IMG/VR virus record: IMGVR_UViG_3300031994_000095
Span: 1,584-65,583 of that record
Length of the DNA stretch: 64,000 nt
Direction: 5' to 3' (one strand)
Origin: a virus
Taxonomy: Duplodnaviria > Caudoviricetes
This document shows, piece after piece, positions 37,845 to 48,599 of this stretch (positions within the stretch are counted from its first letter, which is position 1; every line of letters begins with the position of its first letter). The notes under the pieces were generated by a model. It ran no database searches and was not told the DNA's origin. It worked only from the letters and a program-made list of their open reading frames with translations. The position numbers and the translations under genes are program-made.

Positions 37845-38489
37845 ATGGCGATAGTAGATATACCGATAGCGAATTACAAGCCTTTCTACATCCAGTACGG
37901 TGAGAACGCCACCGCAACGGACACGAAGGCGGCTTGGGGGATGGTCGCAAAGACCAACCCCTATCCATTGCTCCCAACACCGAAAGACCCTTACAAGAAC
38001 GATTGGAAGGACGAGGACGGTGATGACGAGTACACCACCACTATGCACTACCAGGCATTTGAAATCGAGGTGGAGTTCTATATGAAAGCGATAGGCGAAA
38101 CCCCTGCCGCAGACCTCCATCTTGCCGCTTGGTCTTTCTTCCAAGCCGTCCGCGAGGGGACGTTCCGCATCTACGATGCCTACACTTGCCTTGGCTTTCA
38201 AAGAGTCCGTTACGCGGGTAGCGACTTTGGCGATGCCACCTTCAAGGAGAGGCGAGGCACGGCGACGGTGATGTTCAAGGTCAAGTTCAAGGTCAACGAC
38301 CCCGTGACGCGGATGACCTACAACAATGGAGTTATCACCGCCGATGATGCCGACCCGATTGTGACGGACGTTGTAAGGTTCACCGACCAGAACCTTACCA
38401 CCGCCCAGCAGGAGCAAGCCCGCGAGAACATCGGTGCGGCTCCGCTCACGGGCATCGCAATTCTTGGAGACGTTATAGATACCGTATAG
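37845..38489 (+). CDS. Distal tail (Dit)-like protein
   Basis: Directly after the TMP; start MAIVDIP. Confidence 0.65.
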   Translation: MAIVDIPIANYKPFYIQYGENATATDTKAAWGMVAKTNPYPLLPTPKDPYKNDWKDEDGDDEYTTTMHYQAFEIEVEFYMKAIGETPAADLHLAAWSFFQAVREGTFRIYDAYTCLGFQRVRYAGSDFGDATFKERRGTATVMFKVKFKVNDPVTRMTYNNGVITADDADPIVTDVVRFTDQNLTTAQQEQARENIGAAPLTGIAILGDVIDTV

Positions 38490-38492
38490 CCT

Positions 38493-41400
38493 ATGAGGTT
38501 CAAAGTAATGTCAAGGGATGGCTCGACCATCCGATACAGTGGTGCGCCGAAGTACAATGGTCTCTTCGGCAAGCCCTCATATATTGAGTTCGCGGAGATT
38601 GCGTCCCCTACGCCTATCGAATGGGAGATAGGGGACTACGTGGACTACTCGCGCACGGGTTTCCGTTACAAGCTCTACTCGCTTCCGCAAGTGGCGAAAT
38701 CGGCGCGTAGCGGTGAGGCGGGTGATGCTTTCGTGTATAAGAACGTGCAGTTCTTCTGCGCGACCAAGGACCTTGAGATAGCCCTTTTCCGCGACATCGT
38801 AGAGTATGACAACGGCATCCATTTCTCATCCATCCCCAACGTGGATACCTACGAGGACGTGTATGGCATCATCAATCGCATACAGGCGAATATGGATGAC
38901 TTCGCGCCTGGCGAATGGACGATCCGTGCGATGTCCACCTCCTACTCCGAGATAACCAACCTTATGCACGAGGTCAAGGCTTTCTCCTTGAGCGACGGCA
39001 CTTGTATGGACGCGCTCAACCAAATCTACAACTTGTGGAAAGGCTTGTCTTGGATATACAAGGTAGAGGGAGGACGGCATACCATCGTGATTGGTAGGCC
39101 GAACTTGCAGGACGCGAGTAACACAACGCCGGAGTTCTCTTTCGGTCACGGAAATGGCTTGAATGTCATCACCCGCGCCGTCTCTACGAAGAACGAGATG
39201 GCAACGCGCATCTACGCATACGGAAGCGACCGAAATATGCCGACACGCTACTACAACAACATCGTACCTTTCATCAAGGACTATGAGAGCGTGTACATCC
39301 CTCACTTGATGCTCCCTCTCACCGATTGGGGTATGACGAGTGGACAACGCGATGCTCGTCTGGCGTACATAGAGGATTCAAACGCGGTAAATACCTATGG
39401 GCTTATCCCAAAGGTGATGCGTTTTGACGGGTCGAACGGTCTTGATGAGATTTATCCCTCCATTGAGGGTATGACCGTCAGCGATGTTGCCGATGAGGAT
39501 TTCCCCGCAACGGGTTGGTATGGTGGCGAGAGGATAGACGAGGTGTATGGGTGCGAGAATCCCGAAGATGACGGTATGTACACGACGGAGAGCGTAAAGC
39601 TCAAGCAACCCGTTATAGACTTGACCGTGCGGAATCCCGAACTGACCATCGTCACGAAGCCCAACCAGGAGGCGGTGACGATAGGGACGGACCATTACCT
39701 TTGCTCCTCCGCAGACGTGCAGAGGGAGGTCAACCCTTACGATAGTGAGGGTAACTTCACCATCAAGATTGACGGCTTGCACGGATGGATAAGGTGCGAG
39801 GAGGCGGTACTTGGTGACTATCTTACCGATGTCCCCAAGGCTTTCCTTGACGTGATGATAAACGGCAAGATACAGTCCAGCACCGAGGTAAAAGTGACAT
39901 CTACCAAGATACAAGAGGATTTCTTCTTCGAGTGTCAAGGCGTGAAGTTCGTAACCACGGCGAAAGGTCAACTTGATATTTATCTCCGCATCGAAATGTC
40001 GCTTGCTCCCAACACGCCATCGTTGACTATCCGATACGATTTGTGCTTGGACAATGAGGGTGTGGAGATTCCTGCGAGGGTGTCCATCCGTTGTGCCTTC
40101 ACCATCCCCAAGACATTCAAGATTTTCACCCGTCAGTTGGGCTTTGACCTCAAGGCTCTTGGTACGAGTTTGAGCGAGGGCTTGGCCACGTTGAGTATGA
40201 AAACGGGAATGTGTGCCGGACGCGACTTTGTTGTCAATGATGCCATCTATAACCCGGATACTCATTGTTGGGAGTTGGAGTGCCAGAGGCAAGACGATAC
40301 GTCGCTGATGCAATACTTCCCGAACGGTGTGTACACGATAGAGCCGGATGACCGCTTTGTGTTCGTGGATGTGCAGATGCCGACCAAGTATGTTGTTGCG
40401 GCATCAAATCGTCTCCGTACCGCTGCGGTAAACGCCCTTGCGAAGATGTGCAAGCCCGTGATGGCGTATGTCCCGGAGGTGGACTCGAAAGAGGTGTTCC
40501 TTGCTTCGGTGACGCTTGTGGAGGGCTTGTATATGCCCATCTACGACCCCGACCTGGTGGAGACATTTATCTCAAGTGAGCCGAACGTGAATTGGATTCT
40601 CATATCGTCCGTGACGATAGCCGAGAACGATGATGTCATCCCGATATACTCCGTGACACTTCGTGACGAGAAGGTGGACTCTATGTTGCAAGTCATCACG
40701 GGTGAACTTAACGCCACGCAGAAGCGGTTACGCGACAAGGATGTGGATGAATCCCGCATCCCTGCTGCGGAAGACCCCGAAGCCATCCTTATACCGACCA
40801 CGGTGGGCGTGAAAATCCAAGCGGACTCCAAGATGTTCGTCAGCGATGCGGAGGGCGACTTCACGGGGCAAACGATAACCTTGACCGCCGTCACGACGGG
40901 TATAAACAATCCCGTTTTCACTTGGTACTACAAGGTAGAGACGATTGTCCCCAGCGAGGAGGAGGGCGGCGAGGACGAGATTGTAGAGGAATGGCGGCCA
41001 CTCGAGGAGGAGGTTGCCCAAGCCTATATTGTTGAAGCGGATAGTGAGATTTACTTCCAGGGCGATAAGGTCTGGGAGGACTTCCGCGTCGAGGTGACGG
41101 ACGGTCCGAGGGTAGAGCCGTCCCCGGATGAGGGCGAAGGTGGCGAGGACGAGGAGCCTCAAAGGATATACTTTGACACCATCCGCATATCGAAGGGTGG
41201 TAGGGGTCCGAAGGGTGACGATGGAGATCCCGGTCAAGACGGATGGTCGAAGGCCACCATTACGCTTTATAGGCGTTTCCCCTATGGCTCTCCTATCGAC
41301 ACGCGAATTGGCGACACAACGTACACTTTCTCGACGCAAGAACTTGTCGGCAACTTGAACGGTTGGGCGGCTGTCTTACCGTCAACGGGTAGTGGACCGA

Positions 41401-42443
41401 TATATGTCACTTCCGTGAGTGTGGCATCGCAAGACGATACGGTGTCCATCAAGGGCGGTTGGGTGACTGATTATCCTGCGGGTGATTGGAGTGTTCCCGT
41501 GCGACTGACGGGCGACAACGGCTTGATGGGGAAGGTGATGCGTGGCATCAACGTGTGGCAGGAGGGTGGTCTTGAAGGTGGTCGTCCCGATGGCGTTACT
41601 GATGGCTATCAAGGTATGGACGAGACGGACACGTCTGTCATCTACTACGATGTGGTAGCGAAGTTGGACGAGAACGGCAACATATCGAACTTGTATTACT
41701 GCAAGGATGGCAGTAACGGTGATGCCGCATTGTATGCCCCTTGGACTACGGCTGGAGCCGCCTATTGGGTAGAGGCCGACAACTTCAATTTCATCGCCAC
41801 GAAGGTATTGCTTGCCGACAATGCTTTCATTGACGTGATGAGTGGCAATGCCGTTTACTTGTATGGTGACGGTGGTGCTGGTGGCTCTACGCCTTATGTG
41901 GTTGCTGGTATGCAAGGTGGCAGTACCGATGCGAACGGTGACCCGCAAGTGAACTTCTTTGCTGGTACGGACGGTACGAATACCGACCCTCAAGACGCGC
42001 CTTTCCGCGTGTACTACGATGGGTCGTTTGTCTCTACGGCTGGTCGGATTGGTGGCTACACCTACGACGAGAACGGATTGACCTATTATCGCAATGTCCC
42101 CGGAGGTAATGATGGATACCATAGCATCTATCAAAAAGATGCCTTCGAGATACTTTGGCGAAGCCAAGGAAGGGTAAATAAGGTAATAGGCAATGTCCAA
42201 CCGACCGCCAACCAAGTCCTAAAGGTCTCGCAAGGATTCTCCGCGTCAAAGCCCGCGCTTGTAGTGGAGGGGTACAATGGTTCTTCACTTGCGTTGGATG
42301 TTACTGGCTATATCGAGTGTAACAGCGAAAGGGTCATCACCTCCGTTGACGGCAATATCCTCAAGATGGCACAAATGACACAAGCGGCTTACGATGCCCT
42401 CGCTACGAAAGATGCAACCACGGTCTATGTAATTAAAGATTGA
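38493..42443 (+). CDS. Tail tip/baseplate hub (Tal-like) protein
   Basis: 1316 aa; ATRIYAYGS..N hub motif; short collagen-like GPKGDDGDPGQDG. Confidence 0.75.
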   Translation: MRFKVMSRDGSTIRYSGAPKYNGLFGKPSYIEFAEIASPTPIEWEIGDYVDYSRTGFRYKLYSLPQVAKSARSGEAGDAFVYKNVQFFCATKDLEIALFRDIVEYDNGIHFSSIPNVDTYEDVYGIINRIQANMDDFAPGEWTIRAMSTSYSEITNLMHEVKAFSLSDGTCMDALNQIYNLWKGLSWIYKVEGGRHTIVIGRPNLQDASNTTPEFSFGHGNGLNVITRAVSTKNEMATRIYAYGSDRNMPTRYYNNIVPFIKDYESVYIPHLMLPLTDWGMTSGQRDARLAYIEDSNAVNTYGLIPKVMRFDGSNGLDEIYPSIEGMTVSDVADEDFPATGWYGGERIDEVYGCENPEDDGMYTTESVKLKQPVIDLTVRNPELTIVTKPNQEAVTIGTDHYLCSSADVQREVNPYDSEGNFTIKIDGLHGWIRCEEAVLGDYLTDVPKAFLDVMINGKIQSSTEVKVTSTKIQEDFFFECQGVKFVTTAKGQLDIYLRIEMSLAPNTPSLTIRYDLCLDNEGVEIPARVSIRCAFTIPKTFKIFTRQLGFDLKALGTSLSEGLATLSMKTGMCAGRDFVVNDAIYNPDTHCWELECQRQDDTSLMQYFPNGVYTIEPDDRFVFVDVQMPTKYVVAASNRLRTAAVNALAKMCKPVMAYVPEVDSKEVFLASVTLVEGLYMPIYDPDLVETFISSEPNVNWILISSVTIAENDDVIPIYSVTLRDEKVDSMLQVITGELNATQKRLRDKDVDESRIPAAEDPEAILIPTTVGVKIQADSKMFVSDAEGDFTGQTITLTAVTTGINNPVFTWYYKVETIVPSEEEGGEDEIVEEWRPLEEEVAQAYIVEADSEIYFQGDKVWEDFRVEVTDGPRVEPSPDEGEGGEDEEPQRIYFDTIRISKGGRGPKGDDGDPGQDGWSKATITLYRRFPYGSPIDTRIGDTTYTFSTQELVGNLNGWAAVLPSTGSGPIYVTSVSVASQDDTVSIKGGWVTDYPAGDWSVPVRLTGDNGLMGKVMRGINVWQEGGLEGGRPDGVTDGYQGMDETDTSVIYYDVVAKLDENGNISNLYYCKDGSNGDAALYAPWTTAGAAYWVEADNFNFIATKVLLADNAFIDVMSGNAVYLYGDGGAGGSTPYVVAGMQGGSTDANGDPQVNFFAGTDGTNTDPQDAPFRVYYDGSFVSTAGRIGGYTYDENGLTYYRNVPGGNDGYHSIYQKDAFEILWRSQGRVNKVIGNVQPTANQVLKVSQGFSASKPALVVEGYNGSSLALDVTGYIECNSERVITSVDGNILKMAQMTQAAYDALATKDATTVYVIKD

Positions 42444-42444
42444 T

Positions 42445-44085
42445 ATGGTACTGAACGAAGCAGATGACATAAGGCTCGGAAGTGGCAAAGTGGATGCCGT
42501 GTATCTTGGCGATACCCTCATTTGGCCACAAGTAGCATACACCTATGTGGTTATCAGCACGACAATCCATTATAGCGCAGGGACGAACATTGACGCGGGT
42601 AGTGTCGGCTCTATGTATTCCGGCAACTACGCCTACGTTACGGGCACGGTGCAAGTGAAACGGGACGATACCGTTGTCGATACGCTCTACGATGAGCCAC
42701 TCACCATTGACTACGTGTCCTCCGATTTCGCAGTCATAAACGAGAAAGTTTACGGATACAATCTCGGCAAGCAAGTGACCTCGGGGATGTTGACAACGGA
42801 TGTCTATGTGTCTTATCGGACATCGGTGAGCGTCCTTGCTGGTGTGGTGTCGCAAGTGCGGAACACCCGCTCCCAGACATCGCAATCCATCGAGCGCGAG
42901 TATGGCACTCCCACCGTATCTCCTCGTCCCGTGGCGGGTTCATACTATGTTGTCCTGAACGCCAACCGCTACACCACATCGGGGAGTCCTTGTCCCGCCT
43001 ATGGCTCATACGCGACATTGACTCTCTATGGCGGACATAACGAGGCCAACTACTCTACAACGCCGTGGGAAGACGTGCAGACCACCATCTACACTTATAC
43101 ATCGGGCGCAACGGACACGGAGTATGACGTGGTTGATTCCGGCTACACCACACCCGAAAAGCAAGGCTCGGAGTGGGGTGTTGATGACACACCCACGCTC
43201 ACCGAAAACGTGAGTTGGGCGAGTTACGATAGCACTACGAAAGAGGTGACGATAGACAATGCCGGACAGACGATTTACACGCAACCACGCGCTTGCCTTC
43301 TTACCGCGACCAACGGGGACGCAACTGCGACAATAACCTTGTACCAACAAGCGAATATCCTGGAGTCCACAACCACCACATACGACATCTATTGCCACAT
43401 CGAAAGGTCGAGCGACTTCCCTGCGGCGGGTGGCACATTCCCCGTGTCTTATCGGTCGAGAAAGACCACCACGACAACGTACACGAGTGGCTCTTACTCC
43501 GCAACGACCAATGCCACATCTAATGTTAGTCTTGTGGGATGTACATCGCTTGTGGAAGAGGTGTCGGGAAGTGGAACATTCAACATCTCGCTTGGGAGCA
43601 ACGCGGGTGGTACGAAGTACATATCCGTGACCATCACCTCGCAGGATGACATCAGCCAGAGCGCAAGCGATTGGCGATACCAGGAGGGTGCGCCCGTTGT
43701 GGCCGGTATCCTCTATCCTGTGGTCAACCAACTCACGGGTGTAGTGTCGATGAAGTGGGAATGGAATACCGCATCTGTCGCTCCGACTTATCCCCTCTCC
43801 GTGGACATAGACACTCTTGTGTACCATTGGGTCTTGAGTGGCGAGACTACGGAACACACACAAAGCGTAACGGGAACGACAACGGTGTCCTTCTCCGCTA
43901 ACAATGGGACATTCTCATTGAATCGTAAGATAACGCCACACCTCGAGGGGACATCTGGCAGAAGTTGGTTTACCGCGTCATCCGTGACGGGTGTGTACTT
44001 TGACGCGGACAATCAATCGGAGACATTCCCGACCGACAAGACATTCAACGTACGCGAACCTTCGCCTATTGATCCATCACTGTAA
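42445..44085 (+). CDS. Tail fibre/receptor-binding protein, Thr/Ser-rich with Ig-like repeats
   Basis: N-terminal IRLGSGKVDAVYLGDTLIWP; beta-rich repeats (ATITLYQQAN). Confidence 0.65.
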   Translation: MVLNEADDIRLGSGKVDAVYLGDTLIWPQVAYTYVVISTTIHYSAGTNIDAGSVGSMYSGNYAYVTGTVQVKRDDTVVDTLYDEPLTIDYVSSDFAVINEKVYGYNLGKQVTSGMLTTDVYVSYRTSVSVLAGVVSQVRNTRSQTSQSIEREYGTPTVSPRPVAGSYYVVLNANRYTTSGSPCPAYGSYATLTLYGGHNEANYSTTPWEDVQTTIYTYTSGATDTEYDVVDSGYTTPEKQGSEWGVDDTPTLTENVSWASYDSTTKEVTIDNAGQTIYTQPRACLLTATNGDATATITLYQQANILESTTTTYDIYCHIERSSDFPAAGGTFPVSYRSRKTTTTTYTSGSYSATTNATSNVSLVGCTSLVEEVSGSGTFNISLGSNAGGTKYISVTITSQDDISQSASDWRYQEGAPVVAGILYPVVNQLTGVVSMKWEWNTASVAPTYPLSVDIDTLVYHWVLSGETTEHTQSVTGTTTVSFSANNGTFSLNRKITPHLEGTSGRSWFTASSVTGVYFDADNQSETFPTDKTFNVREPSPIDPSL

Positions 44086-44105
44086 CCCCTTAAATCATTA
44101 AGAAT

Positions 44106-44285
44106 ATGAAATCATTTATGAAAATCCTCAAGCTCCTCCTCGCCCTTGTTGGCATAGGAGGTTTCGTGTGTGCGGTAATCCTTGCCATCGGTGCGAAGGC
44201 TTGGATTCCGCTTGTGGCTATTGCCGTGCTCGGATGGTTTGCCACGCCTACCATCAAAGGTCTTATCGAGGAGATAATGGCCTAA
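44106..44285 (+). CDS. Two-TM small protein (holin candidate)
   Basis: Manual translation MKSFMKILKLLLALVGIGG...; 59 aa. Confidence 0.55.
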   Translation: MKSFMKILKLLLALVGIGGFVCAVILAIGAKAWIPLVAIAVLGWFATPTIKGLIEEIMA

Positions 44286-44320
44286 AGTTACAATAAAATC
44301 ACAATAAAAATCAACGGAGA

Positions 44321-44352
44321 TTGCGAAAAGTAGTCTCCGTTTTTTATATTTG
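44321..44352 (+). promoter_or_regulatory. Lysis-module promoter
   Basis: TTGC-N20-TATATTTG, preceded by ACAATAAA repeats. Confidence 0.65.
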
Positions 44353-44379
44353 GGGTGTAACCGACTAATAGATTGTACA

Positions 44380-44874
44380 ATGGATTGGATAAGCCTCATA
44401 GAAAAGCTCTTGCCCTTCATCCTCGGAGGTGGTCTTGTGGCGATTTTCACAGTTCCGGCGGCCGTTAAGAAAGCCAAGATAGAGAACGAATCATTTGCCA
44501 TCGAGCCACTACGGCAGACGAATGAGCAACTACGGACGGAGATAACGCGGATGGAGGAAAGGTACGCATCGCTTGAGGACAAGTATGAGGCTATGGTGGC
44601 GAAGATGGAGGCAAAGCAAGCCGACACAACGGCGAAATATGAGGACAAGTGCGAGGAGTGTGCCACCGCGAAGAATATGATGTGTATCCACCTCGGATGT
44701 AGCCTCCGCGACCCTATGTTGGGACAGGGTGATGCTTGGTATGAGGCGCACAAGGGCAATATCAATCTCGGAGTCGATTACACACCCGTGAACGTGCTTA
44801 TGAAACGGCTTGGGGACAAGCGCAAGAAAGAAGTGAAAGATGATGGACCGCAACGCGATAATCAAGGCTCTTAA
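44380..44874 (+). CDS. Holin-like protein (N-terminal TM plus coiled coil)
   Basis: MDWISLIEKLLPFILGGGLVAIF, upstream of the endolysin. Confidence 0.6.
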   Translation: MDWISLIEKLLPFILGGGLVAIFTVPAAVKKAKIENESFAIEPLRQTNEQLRTEITRMEERYASLEDKYEAMVAKMEAKQADTTAKYEDKCEECATAKNMMCIHLGCSLRDPMLGQGDAWYEAHKGNINLGVDYTPVNVLMKRLGDKRKKEVKDDGPQRDNQGS

Positions 44875-45295
44875 ACCATACTTCGCCATAAACGAGTTGG
44901 TGTGCCCCCATTGCTTTGCCAAGTATGGGGAGCGTAGTTGGCAGTTCCTTGACACCAATGCCTTGTATGGCTTGCTCCTGATGCGCGAGACCATCTTCGG
45001 TGTGCCGATGTATGTGAACAACTACAAGAACGGCAAGACGCAGAGGGGATTGCGGTGTAACAAGTGTGATTTGGTCAAGAGCAAGGCGACCTTGTACTTG
45101 ACGATGCACGGCTTCGGAAAGGCTTGGGACTTCACGGTGCAGGGAATGACTGCGGAGCAAGCCCGTAAGAAGATAATTGAGAGCGCGCACTTGTTCCCTT
45201 TCAACTTCCGCTTGGAGGCAGATGTGAGCTGGGTTCATTGGGATTGCCTCGATATGTATAACAACACCGCCAAGGTGTACATTTTCAAGGGATGA
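44840..45295 (+). CDS. Endolysin, peptidase M15-like
   Basis: RGLRC, MHGFGKAWDF (H...D) and WVHWD Zn ligands. Confidence 0.75.
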   Translation: MMDRNAIIKALKPYFAINELVCPHCFAKYGERSWQFLDTNALYGLLLMRETIFGVPMYVNNYKNGKTQRGLRCNKCDLVKSKATLYLTMHGFGKAWDFTVQGMTAEQARKKIIESAHLFPFNFRLEADVSWVHWDCLDMYNNTAKVYIFKG

Positions 45296-45456
45296 CGAAA
45301 GAGACAGCATTGAAAGTATTGCTCTCCGAGTATCCGCAAGGACGAAGGTTTGAGGGCTTTTTCCGCAAGGTGATAGACGATTTTGCGGGTGAGAGCAACG
45401 TGATAGACAACTACTGCATGGAGCAGATACGGCTATACCTCAATAGTTTGACATAA
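45292..45456 (+). CDS. Hypothetical protein (54 aa)
   Basis: ATGA overlap; manual translation. Confidence 0.5.
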   Translation: MTKETALKVLLSEYPQGRRFEGFFRKVIDDFAGESNVIDNYCMEQIRLYLNSLT

Positions 45457-45487
45457 CCTTTTTATAACCCATAAAGTTTTTAAGAGT

Positions 45488-45736
45488 ATGAGACTGATTA
45501 TTAACGGTGAAACCCCGTTCCAAGTGAACAAGCGGGCTTTCATGCTGGGTGTGTCCTCAAGTGGATATACCCTCAAGTGTAATCCCAACTACTCAACGGG
45601 CGACCCGATTGTTGCCGCCGATTGGAAGGATTACTCGGATGCCATCCCTGCGGGCTATCCTCATTCCGTGGAGGCCCCGTCCGGCGTATGGTGGATGTTG
45701 TCGGGCAACTCCGGCAAGGTATCATGTGTTTTTTAA
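45488..45736 (+). CDS. Hypothetical protein, possibly a virion component
   Basis: 82-aa ORF in the late operon. Confidence 0.6.
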   Translation: MRLIINGETPFQVNKRAFMLGVSSSGYTLKCNPNYSTGDPIVAADWKDYSDAIPAGYPHSVEAPSGVWWMLSGNSGKVSCVF

Positions 45737-45748
45737 CGGAGGTGAACT

Positions 45749-45940
45749 ATGGCAACAAAGTTAATCAATGGTGTCTATCACACCTCTATCCATGAGCTTG
45801 GTGGTGGTGGCCCTACCGAGAGTGTGCTCTATGTGGCGCAGGAACTCACGGCAAGCCAGCAAGCCCAAGCGCGAACGAACATTGGCGTTGCGGGCGCATC
45901 GGAGGTCGCGTACCTCGGCTCTCCCGTAGGAACGGCTTAA
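45749..45940 (+). CDS. Small protein with an LT..QQ.QAR.NIG fibre-type repeat
   Basis: ELTASQQAQARTNIG; the same motif ends the Dit-like ORF (NLTTAQQEQARENIG). Confidence 0.6.
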   Translation: MATKLINGVYHTSIHELGGGGPTESVLYVAQELTASQQAQARTNIGVAGASEVAYLGSPVGTA

Positions 45941-45952
45941 CATGAAAGGACT

Positions 45953-48508
45953 ATGGCAAATATAATTCCACTGAAAGAGGAGTCGGGTGCTCAGTTTTAC
46001 CCGCAGACTCACGAGAAGGCCGTCATTGACAGTAATGGCGTGAACCTTCAGACCAAGTTGGCGAACATCACCACGCCGAGCTACGTTACGGCATGGGATG
46101 GTGTGTCCACGCCCGTTGTGGCGAACATCCCCGCCGGTGTAGTTGTGACCTACAACAGCACGGATTACACCGGCACTCTTGCGGCATCCGCAAGTACCCT
46201 TAACAAGACTTACCTTGTTGCTACGGGTACGGCTAACAACTACTACCGTTATGTCACCGAACTTAGCGGGTCATCCTATTCTTGGCATAGCATCGGCACG
46301 ACCGAGATTAACCTTAGTGACTATGCGACCAAAGAGGAACTCAGTCAGTTATCCCAAATTATTACCGACCATGTGGGCTATAAGAGCCTCGATGTGACTT
46401 CTGCCGGGGAAAAACAATTGATTACCGGGTTAACTTTCAAAGCCGGGTTTACATATACGTTCAAGTTGACGTTCCCTGCCGGATTGTCGGCCGATTTCTC
46501 CGTTAGAGAAAATAATGCAGTTCCGCCACTTGTCCACGCTACTATTGCCACCTCCGACACGAAGACGATACTTACTTTTGCTCCTTCTGAAGACGTGGAA
46601 AACTGTAACGTTAGACTGTATGTAAACAATGCGTATAATGGTACAGTTAATCTTTCCGTGACGACTAACGGAGTTGTCACTATGCGCGAAGAGATTAGTG
46701 AACTTGAAGCGGACGCGAATACTCTTAATATGCTGCTCGGTAGCCAAATGCAAGTAAGCGCCCGTGTGCGAAGATATAAAAACAGGTTTGGCTCATTTTC
46801 TTTAATTGCCGGCAATCTTTACAAATTCGTTATGGAATTTGAACCCGGACTTACTGGATATCTTAGTCTCCGAGATTCATCGGATTCTATACTTGTGAGT
46901 GGAGACCCTATAACAGCCACGGACACGAAGTCTATCCTGTTTTATACTCCGTCAGAAAACCTCGCTGGATTATATGTATACATATATGCGGAGGATGACT
47001 ACAATAAGGATATATCTTGTGTAGTTACGATGAATGGCGGGAATAATTATCACTTACCGACTCTCAGTGATTGGAGTGCAGAAAAAAGCCTTAAGATACC
47101 TATTCCGAAATGTGCTCGTATCCATATCACTGGAATATCCCAAATGCCCGCGACGAAAACTACAGATGCTCATGCATATATGGAGTTTTGGGATATGGAC
47201 GGCAATTACTTCAAGAAAAAGGTAATAGCAAATGCCCAAGGCTCAAGTTCGATGGCTTTTGACAAGAAGAACATTGCCATTGATATTTGCAATGATGACT
47301 GGGTTGGAGACGATACGTTCAAAATCCAATTTGGTGATTGGGTTCCACAAGACTCCTTCCACATTAAGGCGTATTACCTTGACCCGTTCCGGTGCTTGTG
47401 CCCGGTATCATACGAGCTCTATGATGAAATGGTCAGAACCTATGGTCCGATAAAGGACTATGTATGGAAAAGGGCAACAATCAATTCGACCGCCATTACA
47501 CCAACTGATACGGGACTCACTTTGGATAAAGTCGACAAACAGTGGACTAATGGTGCGAAATGCTTCCCTGCAGGATTCCCTTGTATCGTATATTTTAACG
47601 GAGAATTCTATGGGATATTCGCGTGGCAGCTGAAGAAGCATCGTGACAACTATCGGATGTCAAAGAATAAATCGGAAAATATTCACCTTGACCCGGGTCA
47701 TATCAATACATCAACGCTCTTTGGCGCAAACGGAAATCCGGCTTCGATTAACTGGGATGCAAATAACGGATTTGAGATTCGCAACCCGAAGTCGCTGTAT
47801 CTTATGAACGGAACCAAGTACGACGCTGATACCAACAGCGGGGAGCTTATTGACGCCACGTCGCAATATTATAACCCCGCAAATGAGAACCACGTCCGCT
47901 CGGCAGAGGTTAAGGCGTATATCCTTGATTTGTCCCGTGTCATGACGATTGTCCGCAACGCGAGCGATGTTTATGAGGCATCACAAAAAACTGCGGCAGA
48001 CTTGGCTACTTTCAAGGCCGTTTTTGAAACTTATTTCGACCCGGACAATCTTATGGACTATCTGATTATGTCAGATGTCTTACGTAACTTCGACGGATTC
48101 GATAAGAACTGGCAGTGGCTCACATACGATGGAATAAAATGGTACATCGGCGCTTATGACCTGGATTGCGTCATGGGTAATTGGTTCGAAGCAACGCAGA
48201 CAATTTGCGCTCCCTTAACTAATTCTCATGCGTATAACGGAATGATGTATGTCCCAATTCTTAACTATTATGGAGATGCGCTTCGTGCGAAGTATAAAAA
48301 GTTCCGAGATGCCAAGATTATTGACAAAGATAATATCATTGGCATGGTTGAAGATTGGCTGGACCGGTTTGGCAATACTGAGATCTTTGAGCAGGAGTGG
48401 GATAGGTGGCCCAACTTCAAGAAGAATGATTCAATTATGAGGCTATACAAATGGCTGGAGACTTCTATCGCAAATATGGATAGCCTCTATGTATATAGCC
48501 ATAATTAA
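45953..48508 (+). CDS. Large protein with a C-terminal CotH-kinase-like domain
   Basis: AQGSSS..FDKKN, YFNGEFYGIF, D.DN..KNW and YDLD. The N-terminus is fibre-like. Confidence 0.65.
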   Translation: MANIIPLKEESGAQFYPQTHEKAVIDSNGVNLQTKLANITTPSYVTAWDGVSTPVVANIPAGVVVTYNSTDYTGTLAASASTLNKTYLVATGTANNYYRYVTELSGSSYSWHSIGTTEINLSDYATKEELSQLSQIITDHVGYKSLDVTSAGEKQLITGLTFKAGFTYTFKLTFPAGLSADFSVRENNAVPPLVHATIATSDTKTILTFAPSEDVENCNVRLYVNNAYNGTVNLSVTTNGVVTMREEISELEADANTLNMLLGSQMQVSARVRRYKNRFGSFSLIAGNLYKFVMEFEPGLTGYLSLRDSSDSILVSGDPITATDTKSILFYTPSENLAGLYVYIYAEDDYNKDISCVVTMNGGNNYHLPTLSDWSAEKSLKIPIPKCARIHITGISQMPATKTTDAHAYMEFWDMDGNYFKKKVIANAQGSSSMAFDKKNIAIDICNDDWVGDDTFKIQFGDWVPQDSFHIKAYYLDPFRCLCPVSYELYDEMVRTYGPIKDYVWKRATINSTAITPTDTGLTLDKVDKQWTNGAKCFPAGFPCIVYFNGEFYGIFAWQLKKHRDNYRMSKNKSENIHLDPGHINTSTLFGANGNPASINWDANNGFEIRNPKSLYLMNGTKYDADTNSGELIDATSQYYNPANENHVRSAEVKAYILDLSRVMTIVRNASDVYEASQKTAADLATFKAVFETYFDPDNLMDYLIMSDVLRNFDGFDKNWQWLTYDGIKWYIGAYDLDCVMGNWFEATQTICAPLTNSHAYNGMMYVPILNYYGDALRAKYKKFRDAKIIDKDNIIGMVEDWLDRFGNTEIFEQEWDRWPNFKKNDSIMRLYKWLETSIANMDSLYVYSHN

Positions 48509-48518
48509 CTAAGTTATC

Positions 48519-48544
48519 AGCCCCGGTTTATTAGGGCCGGGGCT
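48519..48544. terminator. Hairpin or bidirectional terminator
   Basis: AGCCCCGG-loop-CCGGGGCT. Confidence 0.6.
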
Positions 48545-48599
48545 ATTCAAAATAACTCGACTTGATAGTCCCGTAGCTTTGACAAAAAGGGAAAAATAA

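Noticed and set aside
38493-48508. Diversity-generating retroelement or invertible tail-fibre cassette
   Set aside because: I saw no reverse transcriptase, no TR/VR pair and no flanking inverted repeats.
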